The notes beneath the pieces were generated by a model. The model was not told the origin of the DNA. It made no database searches and saw only the letters and a list, made by a program, of their open reading frames with translations. Positions 1 to 9,456 of a stretch of DNA of 64,000 nucleotides are shown in pieces. Every line of letters begins with the position of its first letter. Position 1 is the stretch's first letter. The stretch is taken from positions 5,036 through 69,035 of the forward strand of contig CAILQW010000004.1 of assembly GCA_903836515.1 (NCBI GenBank), read 5' to 3'. The translations under genes were made by a program, and so were the position numbers. The stretch comes from Candidatus Omnitrophota bacterium. GTDB taxonomy: Bacteria; Omnitrophota; Gorgyraeia; Zapsychrales; Fredricksoniimonadaceae.

Positions 1-1038
1 GTGGATCACGGAACCCGCGCCCAAAAAGAGCAACGCCTTGAAAAACGCATGCGTCATCAGATGAAAGGTGCCGGCCGCGTAACCGCCCGCACCCAGGGCC
101 AGCATCATGAGCCCCAGCTGGCTCACGGTGGAATACGCCAGGACTTTCTTGATATCATTGGCCGTGCACGCGATGGACGCGGCCATCACCGCCGAGATAG
201 CGCCGATAACGGCCACGGTTTCAAGCGCAAGCGGGTGCGCTGTAAAAAGCACATAGGAACGCGCCACAAGATAGACGCCGGCCGCAACCATGGTCGCGGC
301 ATGGATGAGGGCAGACACCGACGTGGGGCCTTCCATCGCATCCGGCAGCCAGACGTGCAGCGGGAATTGGGCGGATTTGCCCATGGCACCCAAAAAGATC
401 AGCAATGCGGCCACCGCCATCAACACGTCAGAGCCCGGCAGCCCTCCCATATCGGCAAAACGCAGTGAATGCCCACTGGCCAACAGGATCAATATCCCCA
501 CCAAAAGGCCTGTATCCCCCACGCGGGTCGTCACAAAAGCCTTCACACCGGCCGCGGCGGCCGCGGGTTTTTCATACCAGAAAGCCACCAGCAGGCACGA
601 GCACAACCCCACGCCTTCCCAAAAGATGTATAACATCAGCAGATTATCCGCGAGAACCAGCGCCAGCATTGATGCCATGAACAAAGAAATGTAGGCAAAA
701 TACCTCGAAAAACGGACGTCACCGGCCATATAGCCGATCGAATAGATCTGGATCAGCGTGCCCACCACGGTCACGACCAAAAGCATCATGACCGTCAGGC
801 TGTCCACCATGACGCCCACCGTGATGGGATGGCCATTGATCGTGATCCAGGGCACCAGCTCATACGCCGCCCCGCCCGGCGGAAGGGTGCAAAAAACCAG
901 GACCGCCAGAACCGCCGCCATCAATGAAGCCGCAACCGCGACATACGCCGAACCCAGGCCAAGCCTCCGGCCAAAGGCAATATTCAGCCAGAAGGCCATG
1001 AAAGGAAAAACAGGTATCCAGTGTGCGCTATTTACCAT
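1..1038 (-). CDS. nuoL: NADH-quinone oxidoreductase subunit L (3' part outside window)
   Basis: Minus-strand ORF open to window edge; N-term MVNSAHWIPVFPFMAFWLNIAFGRRL..., antiporter-like multi-TM subunit with LADNLLMLYIFWEGVG and HAFFKALLFLGAGSVIHA motifs; ATG overlaps nuoK stop (ATGGTAA). Confidence 0.85.
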   Translation of the reverse strand, partial: MVNSAHWIPVFPFMAFWLNIAFGRRLGLGSAYVAVAASLMAAVLAVLVFCTLPPGGAAYELVPWITINGHPITVGVMVDSLTVMMLLVVTVVGTLIQIYSIGYMAGDVRFSRYFAYISLFMASMLALVLADNLLMLYIFWEGVGLCSCLLVAFWYEKPAAAAAGVKAFVTTRVGDTGLLVGILILLASGHSLRFADMGGLPGSDVLMAVAALLIFLGAMGKSAQFPLHVWLPDAMEGPTSVSALIHAATMVAAGVYLVARSYVLFTAHPLALETVAVIGAISAVMAASIACTANDIKKVLAYSTVSQLGLMMLALGAGGYAAGTFHLMTHAFFKALLFLGAGSVIH

Positions 1039-1340
1039 TTTAATAAATTGAATTCGTCCATGAACACTGATTTTCTAAGCCGATAAACAGCGATCACAAG
1101 GATCAGCCCCACCACGCTCGCCGCCGCGGCCACACCGATGATCAACAGCGCGAAGACCTGCCCCAGGCCATCGGGTGTTCCCAGATATTTGTTAAAGGCC
1201 ACCAGGTTGATATTGGCGGCATTGAGGATCAGTTCAACCGAGATTAAAAAGCGTATGGCATTGCGCTGGGTCAGCACACCATAAATGCCCACACAAAAAA
1301 GGAACGCACTCAACACCACAATATGGGCTAAAGGGATCAT
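1032..1340 (-). CDS. nuoK: NADH-quinone oxidoreductase subunit K
   Basis: 102 aa, 3 TM, MIPLAHIVVLSAFLFCVGIYGVLTQRNAIRFLISVELILNAANINLVAF typical NuoK. Confidence 0.9.
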   Translation of the reverse strand: MIPLAHIVVLSAFLFCVGIYGVLTQRNAIRFLISVELILNAANINLVAFNKYLGTPDGLGQVFALLIIGVAAAASVVGLILVIAVYRLRKSVFMDEFNLLKW

Positions 1341-1825
1341 CGTTTGACCTTTCCTATCACCACCGCGCCGACCAACGCCGCCAAGAGCAACAGCGAAATG
1401 AATTCAAAGGGCAGCAAATACCCCGTCAAAAGCGACCGGCCAATGGTTTGAAGGTCCGTGACCACCCCGGAAGCCTGGACGCGCATCCACGGCCCGTCCA
1501 TGACGAGCTTGAGCATCACCGCCAGGAGCGTTGCCGTGATCAAAAGCCCGGGCCAGAACTGCCGGTTGACCTGGCGTATCGCGTGATCGCCGATCTTGGC
1601 CGTGAGCATGATCGCAAATACAAAAAGTGCCATGATGCCGCCAACATAAACAAGGATCTGGATCACGCCCAGAAAGCCCGCATCCAGATAAAAATACAAA
1701 AACGCAATGCCCAAAAGGGTCAGGGCCAGCCAGATCGCGCCATGAAAAATATCCCGCACCGTCACGCTCAGGACCGCACTGCCAGCGATAAGGCCAGCGA
1801 TCAGATAAAAAACAGCAGCATTCAT
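1337..1825 (-). CDS. nuoJ: NADH-quinone oxidoreductase subunit J
   Basis: 162 aa multi-TM, position between nuoI and nuoK, 4-nt overlaps with neighbours. Confidence 0.8.
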   Translation of the reverse strand: MNAAVFYLIAGLIAGSAVLSVTVRDIFHGAIWLALTLLGIAFLYFYLDAGFLGVIQILVYVGGIMALFVFAIMLTAKIGDHAIRQVNRQFWPGLLITATLLAVMLKLVMDGPWMRVQASGVVTDLQTIGRSLLTGYLLPFEFISLLLLAALVGAVVIGKVKR

Positions 1826-2286
1826 GTCTTCTGCTCCTTCACCTTCGGCGGCGCCAGGTGAGCATACTTGTCCGCCTTCAACAGGTCGATCTTCGTCAGG
1901 TCATCGTGCGCGTAATAGGCAACCTCGTAACATTTATTCATGTACATGGCCGCCGTGGGACACACCTCCTGGCACAGCCCGCAAAAACAGCACAATTCTC
2001 CGTTATACGTGAACACCGCCGCAGCCCGTTTCTTCGTCTGGGGATTGGTCGTCGTCTCCAGAGCCAGCGCGGCCGTCGGGCAAATCTTGACGCATTGGGA
2101 ACAGGCAATGCACTTCTCCGGGTACAGGTCAACCAGCCCGCGGAACCGTGCTGTCATGGCGGGCTTTTCAAACGGATACTGGATCGTCACCGGTTTGCGG
2201 AACATGTTCTTCCCGGTCACGGCGAGCCCCTTGAGGATGCTGACAAAACCCGACACCATGTCATTGATCTTGGTGAACATAATCAA
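1822..2286 (-). CDS. nuoI: NADH-quinone oxidoreductase subunit I (2x[4Fe-4S] ferredoxin)
   Basis: Two CxxCxxCxxxCP motifs (CIACSQCVKICP, CCFCGLCQEVCP). Confidence 0.9.
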   Translation of the reverse strand: MIMFTKINDMVSGFVSILKGLAVTGKNMFRKPVTIQYPFEKPAMTARFRGLVDLYPEKCIACSQCVKICPTAALALETTTNPQTKKRAAAVFTYNGELCCFCGLCQEVCPTAAMYMNKCYEVAYYAHDDLTKIDLLKADKYAHLAPPKVKEQKT

Positions 2287-3254
2287 CCTTTAATGACCAG
2301 GAGCCACCCGGTCACCAGCACATTAATAAGAGAGACCGGTGTCAGGATCTTCCAGGCAAACGCCATCATCTGGTCCATCCTCACGCGGGGCAATGTCCAG
2401 CGGACCCACATGAGAAAACCGATGATCCCGTACACCTTGAGCAAAAACCACACCGCCGAGGGACGCCACGGCCCCAGCCACCCGCCCAGAAAAAGTGTCG
2501 CGGCCACGGCCGAAATAATAAAAAGATTGGCGTATTCCGCCAGGAAAAACATGGAAAACTTCATGCCTGAATATTCGGTGTGATACCCCGACACCAATTC
2601 CGACTCGGCTTCGGGGATGTCAAAGGGAACCCGGTTGACCTCGGCGGTCGCAGATATAAGGTAGATGAGGAAGGCCACCAGCACATTGGGTTTAAGGAAA
2701 AACCAGCCGACCTCCTGGGCATGCACGATCCCCTGCATGGACAAGGTGCCGGCCTCCATGATAACAACCAGTACCGACAAAAGGAGCGGCACTTCATAGC
2801 TGATGATCTGGGCCGCGGAACGCATCCCGCCCAAGAGCGAATACTTGTTGTTCGATCCCCAGCCCGCCATGAAAACCCCCAGGACACACAAGGAAGTGAT
2901 GGAACAAATAAAAAGGATGCCCACATTCAGATCGCTCACAATCCACGTGGCGCTGAAAGGAATGCAGAGGAATGCGGCGACTGTGGGGACCGCCACAAAG
3001 AACGGGGCCAGCCACCAGACAAACCGGTCCGCCTCGGTGGGCACAATGTTCTCTTTTAACAGAAGCTTGACCGTGTCGGCGATCAGCTGGAGCGACCCGT
3101 GCGGGCCGGTCACCATGGGCCCCAGGCGGTTCTGGATCTTGGCCGATACCTTGCGCTCAAGCCAGATCAGAAACATGGCATTGACCGCAAAGAAAGCCAG
3201 GATACACACCCCCTTGACCACCAGAAAAAGCAGCGCCATCCAGGGATAATTCAT
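2283..3254 (-). CDS. nuoH: NADH-quinone oxidoreductase subunit H
   Basis: 323 aa multi-TM, NuoH/ND1-like motifs (LERKVSAKIQNRLGP, GWGSNNKYSLLGGMR). Confidence 0.9.
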   Translation of the reverse strand: MNYPWMALLFLVVKGVCILAFFAVNAMFLIWLERKVSAKIQNRLGPMVTGPHGSLQLIADTVKLLLKENIVPTEADRFVWWLAPFFVAVPTVAAFLCIPFSATWIVSDLNVGILFICSITSLCVLGVFMAGWGSNNKYSLLGGMRSAAQIISYEVPLLLSVLVVIMEAGTLSMQGIVHAQEVGWFFLKPNVLVAFLIYLISATAEVNRVPFDIPEAESELVSGYHTEYSGMKFSMFFLAEYANLFIISAVAATLFLGGWLGPWRPSAVWFLLKVYGIIGFLMWVRWTLPRVRMDQMMAFAWKILTPVSLINVLVTGWLLVIKG

Positions 3255-4345
3255 CGGTCGATCTCTCCCATGACGATATCAAGGCTGCCCAGCACACACA
3301 CCGTGTCGGAAATATTGAGCCCGCGCACCAAATAGGGCAATACGGAAAGATTGGAGAAAGAAGGCGCACGTATCTTGAGCCTGTAAGGCAGCGGCCCGCC
3401 GTCACCCACCAGATAAAACCCCAGTTCCCCGCGGGGATTCTCGGTGCGCATATAGGTTTCACCCGTCAGGCGAAAGACCTTGTTGACCTTGGCCACAGGA
3501 TCGCCTTCGGGAAGCCCGCCCAGGGCCTGTTCAATGATCTTCAAACTCTCCTCGATCTCGCGCATCCTGACATCATACCGGTCCCAGGAATCGCCCTTCT
3601 GGCCGGTGATCACCTTGAAATCGAACTTGTCATAGACCAGATAAGGCTCGTCCTTGCGCACATCCCAGGCCACACCCGAGGCACGCAGATTCGTACCAGT
3701 CACACCATAATTAACCGCCGCTTCTTTGGAAAGGACACCGATATTCCTGGAACGGGCACAAAAAATAACGTTCCCCGTCAAAAGATCATGATACTCGGCC
3801 AGCATGCGCCGTTCATACGCGATAAAATCCCTGATCAGCTGATCCACCCCCGGCGGAAGGTCGCCGGAGACACCCCCCACCCGCACATAATCGTAGGTCA
3901 GGCGCTGGCCGCAAAGCTGGTCGAATATCTGCACCACCTTTTCACGGTCGCGCAGGGCATAAAAGAGCGGCGTGGCATACGCCCCAAGGTCCTGGGCGAA
4001 CGTGCCGATGGCCAGCAAATGGCTCGCGACACGATTAAGCTCGGCCACAATGACCCTTAAATACTGGGCCCGGGGCGGCGCGCTGATGCCCAGCAATTTT
4101 TCAGCGGCCAGGCAAAAACCGACATTGTTGTTCATGGACGCGATGTAATCGAGGCGGTCGGTGAAAGGGACGAACTGGACCAGCGTACGATTCTCCGCGA
4201 TCTTCTCAATGGAGCGGTGCAGGTACCCGATGTGCGGCTGGCAGTCGACCACCACTTCTCCGTCGAGCTTGAGCTGCAGGAAAAGCACCCCGTGGGTCGA
4301 GGGGTGTTGCGGGCCCATGTTGATGATCAGTTCTTCAAAGTCCAT
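3251..4345 (-). CDS. nuoD: NADH-quinone oxidoreductase subunit D
   Basis: 364 aa, MDFEELIINMGPQHPSTHGVLFLQL..., ends ...VMGEIDR typical NuoD/49kDa. Confidence 0.9.
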   Translation of the reverse strand: MDFEELIINMGPQHPSTHGVLFLQLKLDGEVVVDCQPHIGYLHRSIEKIAENRTLVQFVPFTDRLDYIASMNNNVGFCLAAEKLLGISAPPRAQYLRVIVAELNRVASHLLAIGTFAQDLGAYATPLFYALRDREKVVQIFDQLCGQRLTYDYVRVGGVSGDLPPGVDQLIRDFIAYERRMLAEYHDLLTGNVIFCARSRNIGVLSKEAAVNYGVTGTNLRASGVAWDVRKDEPYLVYDKFDFKVITGQKGDSWDRYDVRMREIEESLKIIEQALGGLPEGDPVAKVNKVFRLTGETYMRTENPRGELGFYLVGDGGPLPYRLKIRAPSFSNLSVLPYLVRGLNISDTVCVLGSLDIVMGEIDR

Positions 4346-4348
4346 GGC

Positions 4349-4801
4349 TTATTTCACCGGCTTGGGGACAACGCCCGCCATTTTAAAATCTTTACGCAAC
4401 GGATGATCGGTCCAGGTATCGGGATTAAGGATGCGGCGCAAATCCGGGTGCCCCGCAAAACGGACACCCAAAAGATCATAAACCTCGCGTTCCAGCCAGT
4501 CAGCCGCTGCCCATAACGGCGTGATGGAATCAATGGTAAGATCCGCGTTGGGGAGGATCACCTTGATGGTCAGCATGACGCGGTGCTCAAAAGAATAAAG
4601 ATGATAGACCACCTCCACCGCTTCCTTGCGGTCGACCCCGGTCAGGCAATGCAGGCTTATGAAGGCCCCCGGGCCGTCCTTGAGAAACGCAACAACAGGC
4701 TTCAGCGCGTCTTTGCCTAGCGTGACCCAGCCGGGCGTCTGCTCCACCACAGCACCTGGGAATTTTTCCTGAATACTCTGAATGATGGCTGTTATATCCA
4801 A
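4349..4801 (-). CDS. nuoC: NADH-quinone oxidoreductase subunit C
   Basis: 150 aa 30-kDa subunit-like, between nuoB and nuoD. Confidence 0.85.
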   Translation of the reverse strand: MDITAIIQSIQEKFPGAVVEQTPGWVTLGKDALKPVVAFLKDGPGAFISLHCLTGVDRKEAVEVVYHLYSFEHRVMLTIKVILPNADLTIDSITPLWAAADWLEREVYDLLGVRFAGHPDLRRILNPDTWTDHPLRKDFKMAGVVPKPVK

Positions 4802-5317
4802 TCAGGCCGTCTTTTCTTTCCGGGTCCGGATCTTTTCCTGGAGCTTGATGATCCCGTGCAGGAGATTCTCGGGGCGCGGCGGGCACCCGGCCACGAACAC
4901 ATCCACGGGAATGCCCAATTCTTCAGCCCCCTTGACCACCGAGTAGGTATCATGATAAAAAATCCCGCCGCTGATGGCGCAATTGCCCATGGCAATGACA
5001 TATTTTGGCTCGGGCATCTGCGCGTAAAGGCGCTGGATGCTTTCTTTCATCTTGATGCAAATGGTGCCGGAAATGATCATGACATCGCACTGGCGCGGGC
5101 TGGCACGAAAGACCCCGGAGCCGAAGCGGTCAATATCGTAATGGGGGCCGCCGGTGACCATCATCTCGATGGCACAGCACGCCAGGCCAAAGGTGAGCGG
5201 CCATAACGAGGCTCCCTTGGCCCAGTTGAAAAGGTCTTCGGTCCTGGCCAGGACAAAGCCCCCGCCGGGAACTTTATCGATGCCTTCAGCGCCCAGGATC
5301 TTTTCATTCACAGCCAT
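4802..5317 (-). CDS. nuoB: NADH-quinone oxidoreductase subunit B
   Basis: 171 aa, [10 protein letters not shown] and [14 protein letters not shown] motifs of NuoB/PSST. Confidence 0.9.
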   Translation of the reverse strand: MAVNEKILGAEGIDKVPGGGFVLARTEDLFNWAKGASLWPLTFGLACCAIEMMVTGGPHYDIDRFGSGVFRASPRQCDVMIISGTICIKMKESIQRLYAQMPEPKYVIAMGNCAISGGIFYHDTYSVVKGAEELGIPVDVFVAGCPPRPENLLHGIIKLQEKIRTRKEKTA

Positions 5318-5664
5318 TCCAGGGCTCCCTTCTTCCAGGCATAGACAAGACCCAGCGCCAGAACCACGATGAAAACAACCATCTCCAGATACGCCGCCAT
5401 GCCCATCTGGCGGAACACAACGGCCCAGGGCACAGTGAAAAGTATTTCCACATCGAAAATGACAAAGATGAGCGTGACAAGGTAGAAACGGATATTAAAC
5501 TGGACGCGGGAATTCCCCTTGATGACTTCCCCGCATTCGTAGGGAGCACCCTTGGCCGCTGAGGGGGCCCGCGGGCGGATGAGCCACGACGTGGCAAACG
5601 CCGCACCGACAAAAAAGATGCCTAAAATAAAGAAGAAGATTATATTTAAATAATCAGGAAGCAT
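5308..5664 (-). CDS. nuoA: NADH-quinone oxidoreductase subunit A
   Basis: 118 aa, 3 TM, first gene of operon, PYECGE motif. Confidence 0.85.
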   Translation of the reverse strand: MLPDYLNIIFFFILGIFFVGAAFATSWLIRPRAPSAAKGAPYECGEVIKGNSRVQFNIRFYLVTLIFVIFDVEILFTVPWAVVFRQMGMAAYLEMVVFIVVLALGLVYAWKKGALEWL

Positions 5665-5773
5665 GGTGTGTAATATACCCCAGTATCGCGTATAAAAAAA
5701 GAGATTTTAGCGAAAAATCGCAGACGCTGAACTTGTATCCCATGCTTATCTACCCTCATGACCGCTGCCGGCT

Positions 5774-6919
5774 TTAACCGCATACATGCGACACCACCCA
5801 TTCAAACTTCAATAACCCGCTTTTGGTCGTGATCACGCACGGATCATTCATATTTATCCGGTCATAATCCCATGAAGATACCGTGAAACGGTAATCGGCG
5901 AAATCCGGATCCCAGGCTGTCGTCGTAAGGTGATATGAGGTGCTGTTTTTGGAATGGGTGATGTATTTCCCGATGATACGCACATGGTGCAGGGCCTTTT
6001 CCGAAACATCCTGCGCCCCGTTGACGAGGATCATGCCGCCCCAGCCCAAAAGCAGCAGGCCGATCCCTCCCGCGAACGCTGTCACGGTGAAGGCGCGCAA
6101 GGCTATGGATGTCCCTTTAAGCGCATGGAAGGCATAAAACACAAAAAGGCCGGCCGCAAGGACGCTGACCTTCAACGACAGGATGAATATCTTCCCGGGC
6201 GCCACAGGAGGAAAAGACAAAAAACCCCAGATAATCGACACGATGCCGCCAACGACAAAAACAAACGCTGCCCCGATAAACCATGCGGTGAGAGAACGGT
6301 TGGCATCTGTGAGCGGTGTGGCAGAGCTTTGACCGGGTTCAGGGGAAGGCATATGCGCGGTCAACGCCACCATGGATGCGGCAGCAGCCGTCATCTCCTG
6401 GTCATACGCACCCCAGGCGGCATCGCACGGCGTTTTGACCATGCTGCAGGCGGCGCCATTGATCTCCAATGACGTGAAGGTCTTGAGGATATTCTTTAAG
6501 TGATCCTTGGCTTGCGCGGCATTGAGCAAATTGCTGATAAAAGCCTGGTCATCACATTCGACATAAACAGCCGTGTCAAACGCAGGGTCAAACAGCTGGA
6601 TCTCCTGACACAAACCAATGCCTTTGGCCAAACGATCGGCCTGGCTTTCCGTACGAAAAAGGGCATGCGCAAAGAAATTACCGGTCAAACTGGCGTGAAG
6701 GCGTGAAGGCGAATTCTTGCTGGCTGATCTGTAAACAAATGTGACCTTCTGACCCTCAACATCCAGGATGCCGTTGTTTAACCACGACAATGATCCGCTT
6801 CCGCCTTTTAAAAGCGCCATGGCCCCGGGATTTGACATTAAAAATTGGGCAACCGCCGCGATTGCGACCGCGGCAAATAAAATAAACACAATAAAATAAA
6901 AGAAAACCAACGGGCACAT
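5774..6919 (-). CDS. hypothetical multi-TM membrane protein
   Basis: 381 aa ORF with N-terminal TM and ~4 central TM helices; no recognisable family. Confidence 0.45.
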   Translation of the reverse strand: MCPLVFFYFIVFILFAAVAIAAVAQFLMSNPGAMALLKGGSGSLSWLNNGILDVEGQKVTFVYRSASKNSPSRLHASLTGNFFAHALFRTESQADRLAKGIGLCQEIQLFDPAFDTAVYVECDDQAFISNLLNAAQAKDHLKNILKTFTSLEINGAACSMVKTPCDAAWGAYDQEMTAAAASMVALTAHMPSPEPGQSSATPLTDANRSLTAWFIGAAFVFVVGGIVSIIWGFLSFPPVAPGKIFILSLKVSVLAAGLFVFYAFHALKGTSIALRAFTVTAFAGGIGLLLLGWGGMILVNGAQDVSEKALHHVRIIGKYITHSKNSTSYHLTTTAWDPDFADYRFTVSSWDYDRINMNDPCVITTKSGLLKFEWVVSHVCG

Positions 6920-6928
6920 AAAGCCTCC

Positions 6929-8191
6929 TTACGCCAGGCCCCGCAACGTTGCCGCGATATCCTTGTCGGTATGGCTAAACGATACAAACTGCGCCTCGAA
7001 TTGGGAGGGCGGCAGGTTGATGCCGGCCTTGAGCATGGTGTGAAAATACGCGGCGTATCGGGTGGTGTCGGATGCCTTGGCCGTGGTGAAATCCGTGACA
7101 GGGCCAGGGGTAAAAAATACGGTAAAAAGAGAGCCGCAGCGGTTGATGGTGATATTGATCTTCCTGCGGGAAAAACGTTCCTTCAAACCCTGGCAAAGGC
7201 GCTCGGTCCGTTGATCGAGGGCCGCGAAATTTTTAGTCTTGAGCACCTTGAGCATGGCCAGCCCCGCGGCCACAGCCACAGGGTTACCGCAAAGAGTTCC
7301 CGCCTGATAGACCGGCCCGGAGGGCGCGATGCAGGCCATGATCTCTTTTTTCCCGCCGTAGGCGGCAATAGGCAAGCCGCCGCCGATGATCTTGCCCAGA
7401 CAGGTCAGGTCCGGCGTGATCTTTTGCAGTGTCTGCACCCCGCCAAAATGAAAACGGAACCCGGTGATGACCTCATCAAAGATAAGGACAATGCCATGCC
7501 TGGCCGTGAGGTCACGGACTTCCTTGAGGAACGCCGCATCCGGCGTCACAACACCCATGTTGGCCGCGACCGGTTCGATGATCACACAGGCGATAGAGGC
7601 GGCATTCTTGATAACAACCTTGCGAAACGTGTCAATGTCATTATAAGGGCACACCATGGTGTCCCGGCTGAGCGACGCGGTTACCCCCGCGCTCCCGGGA
7701 ATACCCTGCGTGGCCGCCCCTGACCCAGCCTTGACGAGCAGGCTGTCGGCATGGCCGTGATAACACCCGTCGAACTTGATGATCTTGTCGCGCCCCGTGA
7801 ACCCGCGGCTTAAGCGGATGGCGCTCATCGCGGCCTCGGTGCCGGAACTGACAAAGCGCAGCCTTTCCATGGATGGGATCGCTTTGGAAATGACCTGCGC
7901 CAGTTCCGATTCGGCCTGTGTTGGCGCGCCAAAACTCGACCCCAAGCCCACCGCCTTGCGCACCGCGGCCACCACTTCAGGTGCCGCATGCCCCAGGATC
8001 AGGGCGCCCCAGCTCATCACGTAATCAATATAAGTGTTCCCATCGGCATCCGTGATCCTGGCCCCAGCCCCTTTTTTAATGAACAACGGGTTCCCGCCCA
8101 CCGCGCCAAACGCGCGGACCGGACTGTTCACACCGCCGGGAAAATAACGGCACGCCTCCCGATAAAGTTTTCTGGAACATTCCAAGGTCAT
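6929..8191 (-). CDS. hemL: glutamate-1-semialdehyde 2,1-aminomutase
   Basis: 420 aa, YFPGGVNSPVRAF, class-III aminotransferase PLP lysine region (DEVITGFR). Confidence 0.9.
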   Translation of the reverse strand: MTLECSRKLYREACRYFPGGVNSPVRAFGAVGGNPLFIKKGAGARITDADGNTYIDYVMSWGALILGHAAPEVVAAVRKAVGLGSSFGAPTQAESELAQVISKAIPSMERLRFVSSGTEAAMSAIRLSRGFTGRDKIIKFDGCYHGHADSLLVKAGSGAATQGIPGSAGVTASLSRDTMVCPYNDIDTFRKVVIKNAASIACVIIEPVAANMGVVTPDAAFLKEVRDLTARHGIVLIFDEVITGFRFHFGGVQTLQKITPDLTCLGKIIGGGLPIAAYGGKKEIMACIAPSGPVYQAGTLCGNPVAVAAGLAMLKVLKTKNFAALDQRTERLCQGLKERFSRRKINITINRCGSLFTVFFTPGPVTDFTTAKASDTTRYAAYFHTMLKAGINLPPSQFEAQFVSFSHTDKDIAATLRGLA

Positions 8192-8658
8192 GCGAGTATC
8201 CCCTTCAGATCACTTTTTGTTTTTTTAAATTCCTTGAGTGTCGTCCTGATCGTGTAATCCTTGATGCCTGTCTTTTGGGCCATGGCCTTGATCGCCGCGG
8301 CCAGTTCTTTCTTGTTACGCGCATGCACCATCGTATAAAGGCTGTAAGGCCACCGGGGATACGTCTGGCGGACATAACAGTGCGTCACCTGGGGAAACGC
8401 GGCCAGAAGCCTGCCCTGAACCTCCAGGTCATTCTCGGGCACGTTCCAGCTGACAAGCGCATTGCTTTTATACCCGGCCTGAAAATGCCCCAGCACCACC
8501 CCGACACGGCGGATAAGGCCTTCTTTCTTATACTGACCGATTTTCACCAAAAGCGCCGCCTCATCCATGCCCAGCTCCTGCGCGATCGCGGCGTAGGGCC
8601 GGGGCACAAGTTTGAGCGGATCGGCGAGCGCATGGATAATCTTTTTGGGTATCTTCAT
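8188..8658 (-). CDS. ahbB: siroheme decarboxylase subunit (AsnC/Lrp-type, NirD/L/G/H-like)
   Basis: 156 aa Lrp/AsnC-like without classical DNA-binding context, paired with paralog next door, inside haem cluster; A/B assignment arbitrary. Confidence 0.65.
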   Translation of the reverse strand: MKIPKKIIHALADPLKLVPRPYAAIAQELGMDEAALLVKIGQYKKEGLIRRVGVVLGHFQAGYKSNALVSWNVPENDLEVQGRLLAAFPQVTHCYVRQTYPRWPYSLYTMVHARNKKELAAAIKAMAQKTGIKDYTIRTTLKEFKKTKSDLKGILA

Positions 8659-8659
8659 A

Positions 8660-9112
8660 TCATTTCAGTTCAAAAACAGCCTGGCTCTTGAAAACACGAC
8701 GGGTTCTTAAATCCAGAACATCCTTGATCCCGGTTTTCCTGCGGATATCCGCCAAAATGGTTTTCAGCCGGCGTTCAGAAGACGCGCTGACCGTAAACCA
8801 GACATTATATTCCCCCTCACGCAAATAATTGTGGCTTACATGCGGATAATCATTGATGCGGCGCACCGTGGCGGTGAGCTTGTTGACGGGGACACGCATG
8901 CCGATCAGGGTCGAGACAATACCAAGTTTTCTCAAGTCGAACATCGCGGCAATATAACGCAGGACACCTTCCCGGCGAAGCTTCTTGAAATACGCCAGCA
9001 TCCGGGCTTCAGAAACCCCCTGGGCCTCAGCCAAGACGGCAAATGGCCGTGAGGCCAACGGGAAATCCGTCTGCAGTGCCTTGAGGAATTTTTTATCTTT
9101 AGCTGTCAGCAT
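8660..9112 (-). CDS. ahbA: siroheme decarboxylase subunit (AsnC/Lrp-type, NirD/L/G/H-like)
   Basis: 150 aa, ...DYPHVSHNYLREGEYNVWFTVSA... typical NirD/AhbA family; paralog of preceding gene. Confidence 0.65.
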   Translation of the reverse strand: MLTAKDKKFLKALQTDFPLASRPFAVLAEAQGVSEARMLAYFKKLRREGVLRYIAAMFDLRKLGIVSTLIGMRVPVNKLTATVRRINDYPHVSHNYLREGEYNVWFTVSASSERRLKTILADIRRKTGIKDVLDLRTRRVFKSQAVFELK

Positions 9113-9136
9113 TTTCTAATCCGTATAGCACACCTA

Positions 9137-9273
9137 GCTTTTACTGGTTTAAGGCTGAAGGCATGCCGCAGATGCGAGTTCAGAAACCAAGCTTTCCATA
9201 ATTCCTTTTAGAAAAAGCTGTTTCTGCTGTCTGAGCAGCCAGGCATGCCGCAAGCCTTAAAAACCAGTAAAAG
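9137..9273. repeat. large imperfect inverted repeat (~33-bp arms, ~70-nt nested-hairpin spacer) between ahbA and ahbD-like genes
   Basis: gcttttactggtttaaggctgaaggcatgccgca ... aggcatgccgcaagccttaaaaaccagtaaaag; spacer holds gcagaaac/gtttctgc stem and direct repeat aggcatgccgca. Confidence 0.55.
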
Positions 9274-9456
9274 ATCACACTCACAATCGAGAAATGCTCC
9301 ATCTCAATAATTAAAAATTTTTCGTCTGCCTTAACGCGCCACCCTTCCGGCTTCCCTCGGGGCTTGCGAGCCCCTCGTTCCAGGCGGAAGGGGACCATCG
9401 CTTGGCGCGGCGAAAACAACAACTGCCAAGCACGCCCAAGAATCAACTTTAAAATC

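Noticed and set aside
1-1051. Plus-strand ORFs 1-468, 290-694, 758-1051 at the window start
   Set aside because: They lie antisense to a well-supported nuoL reading frame with recognisable NuoL motifs.
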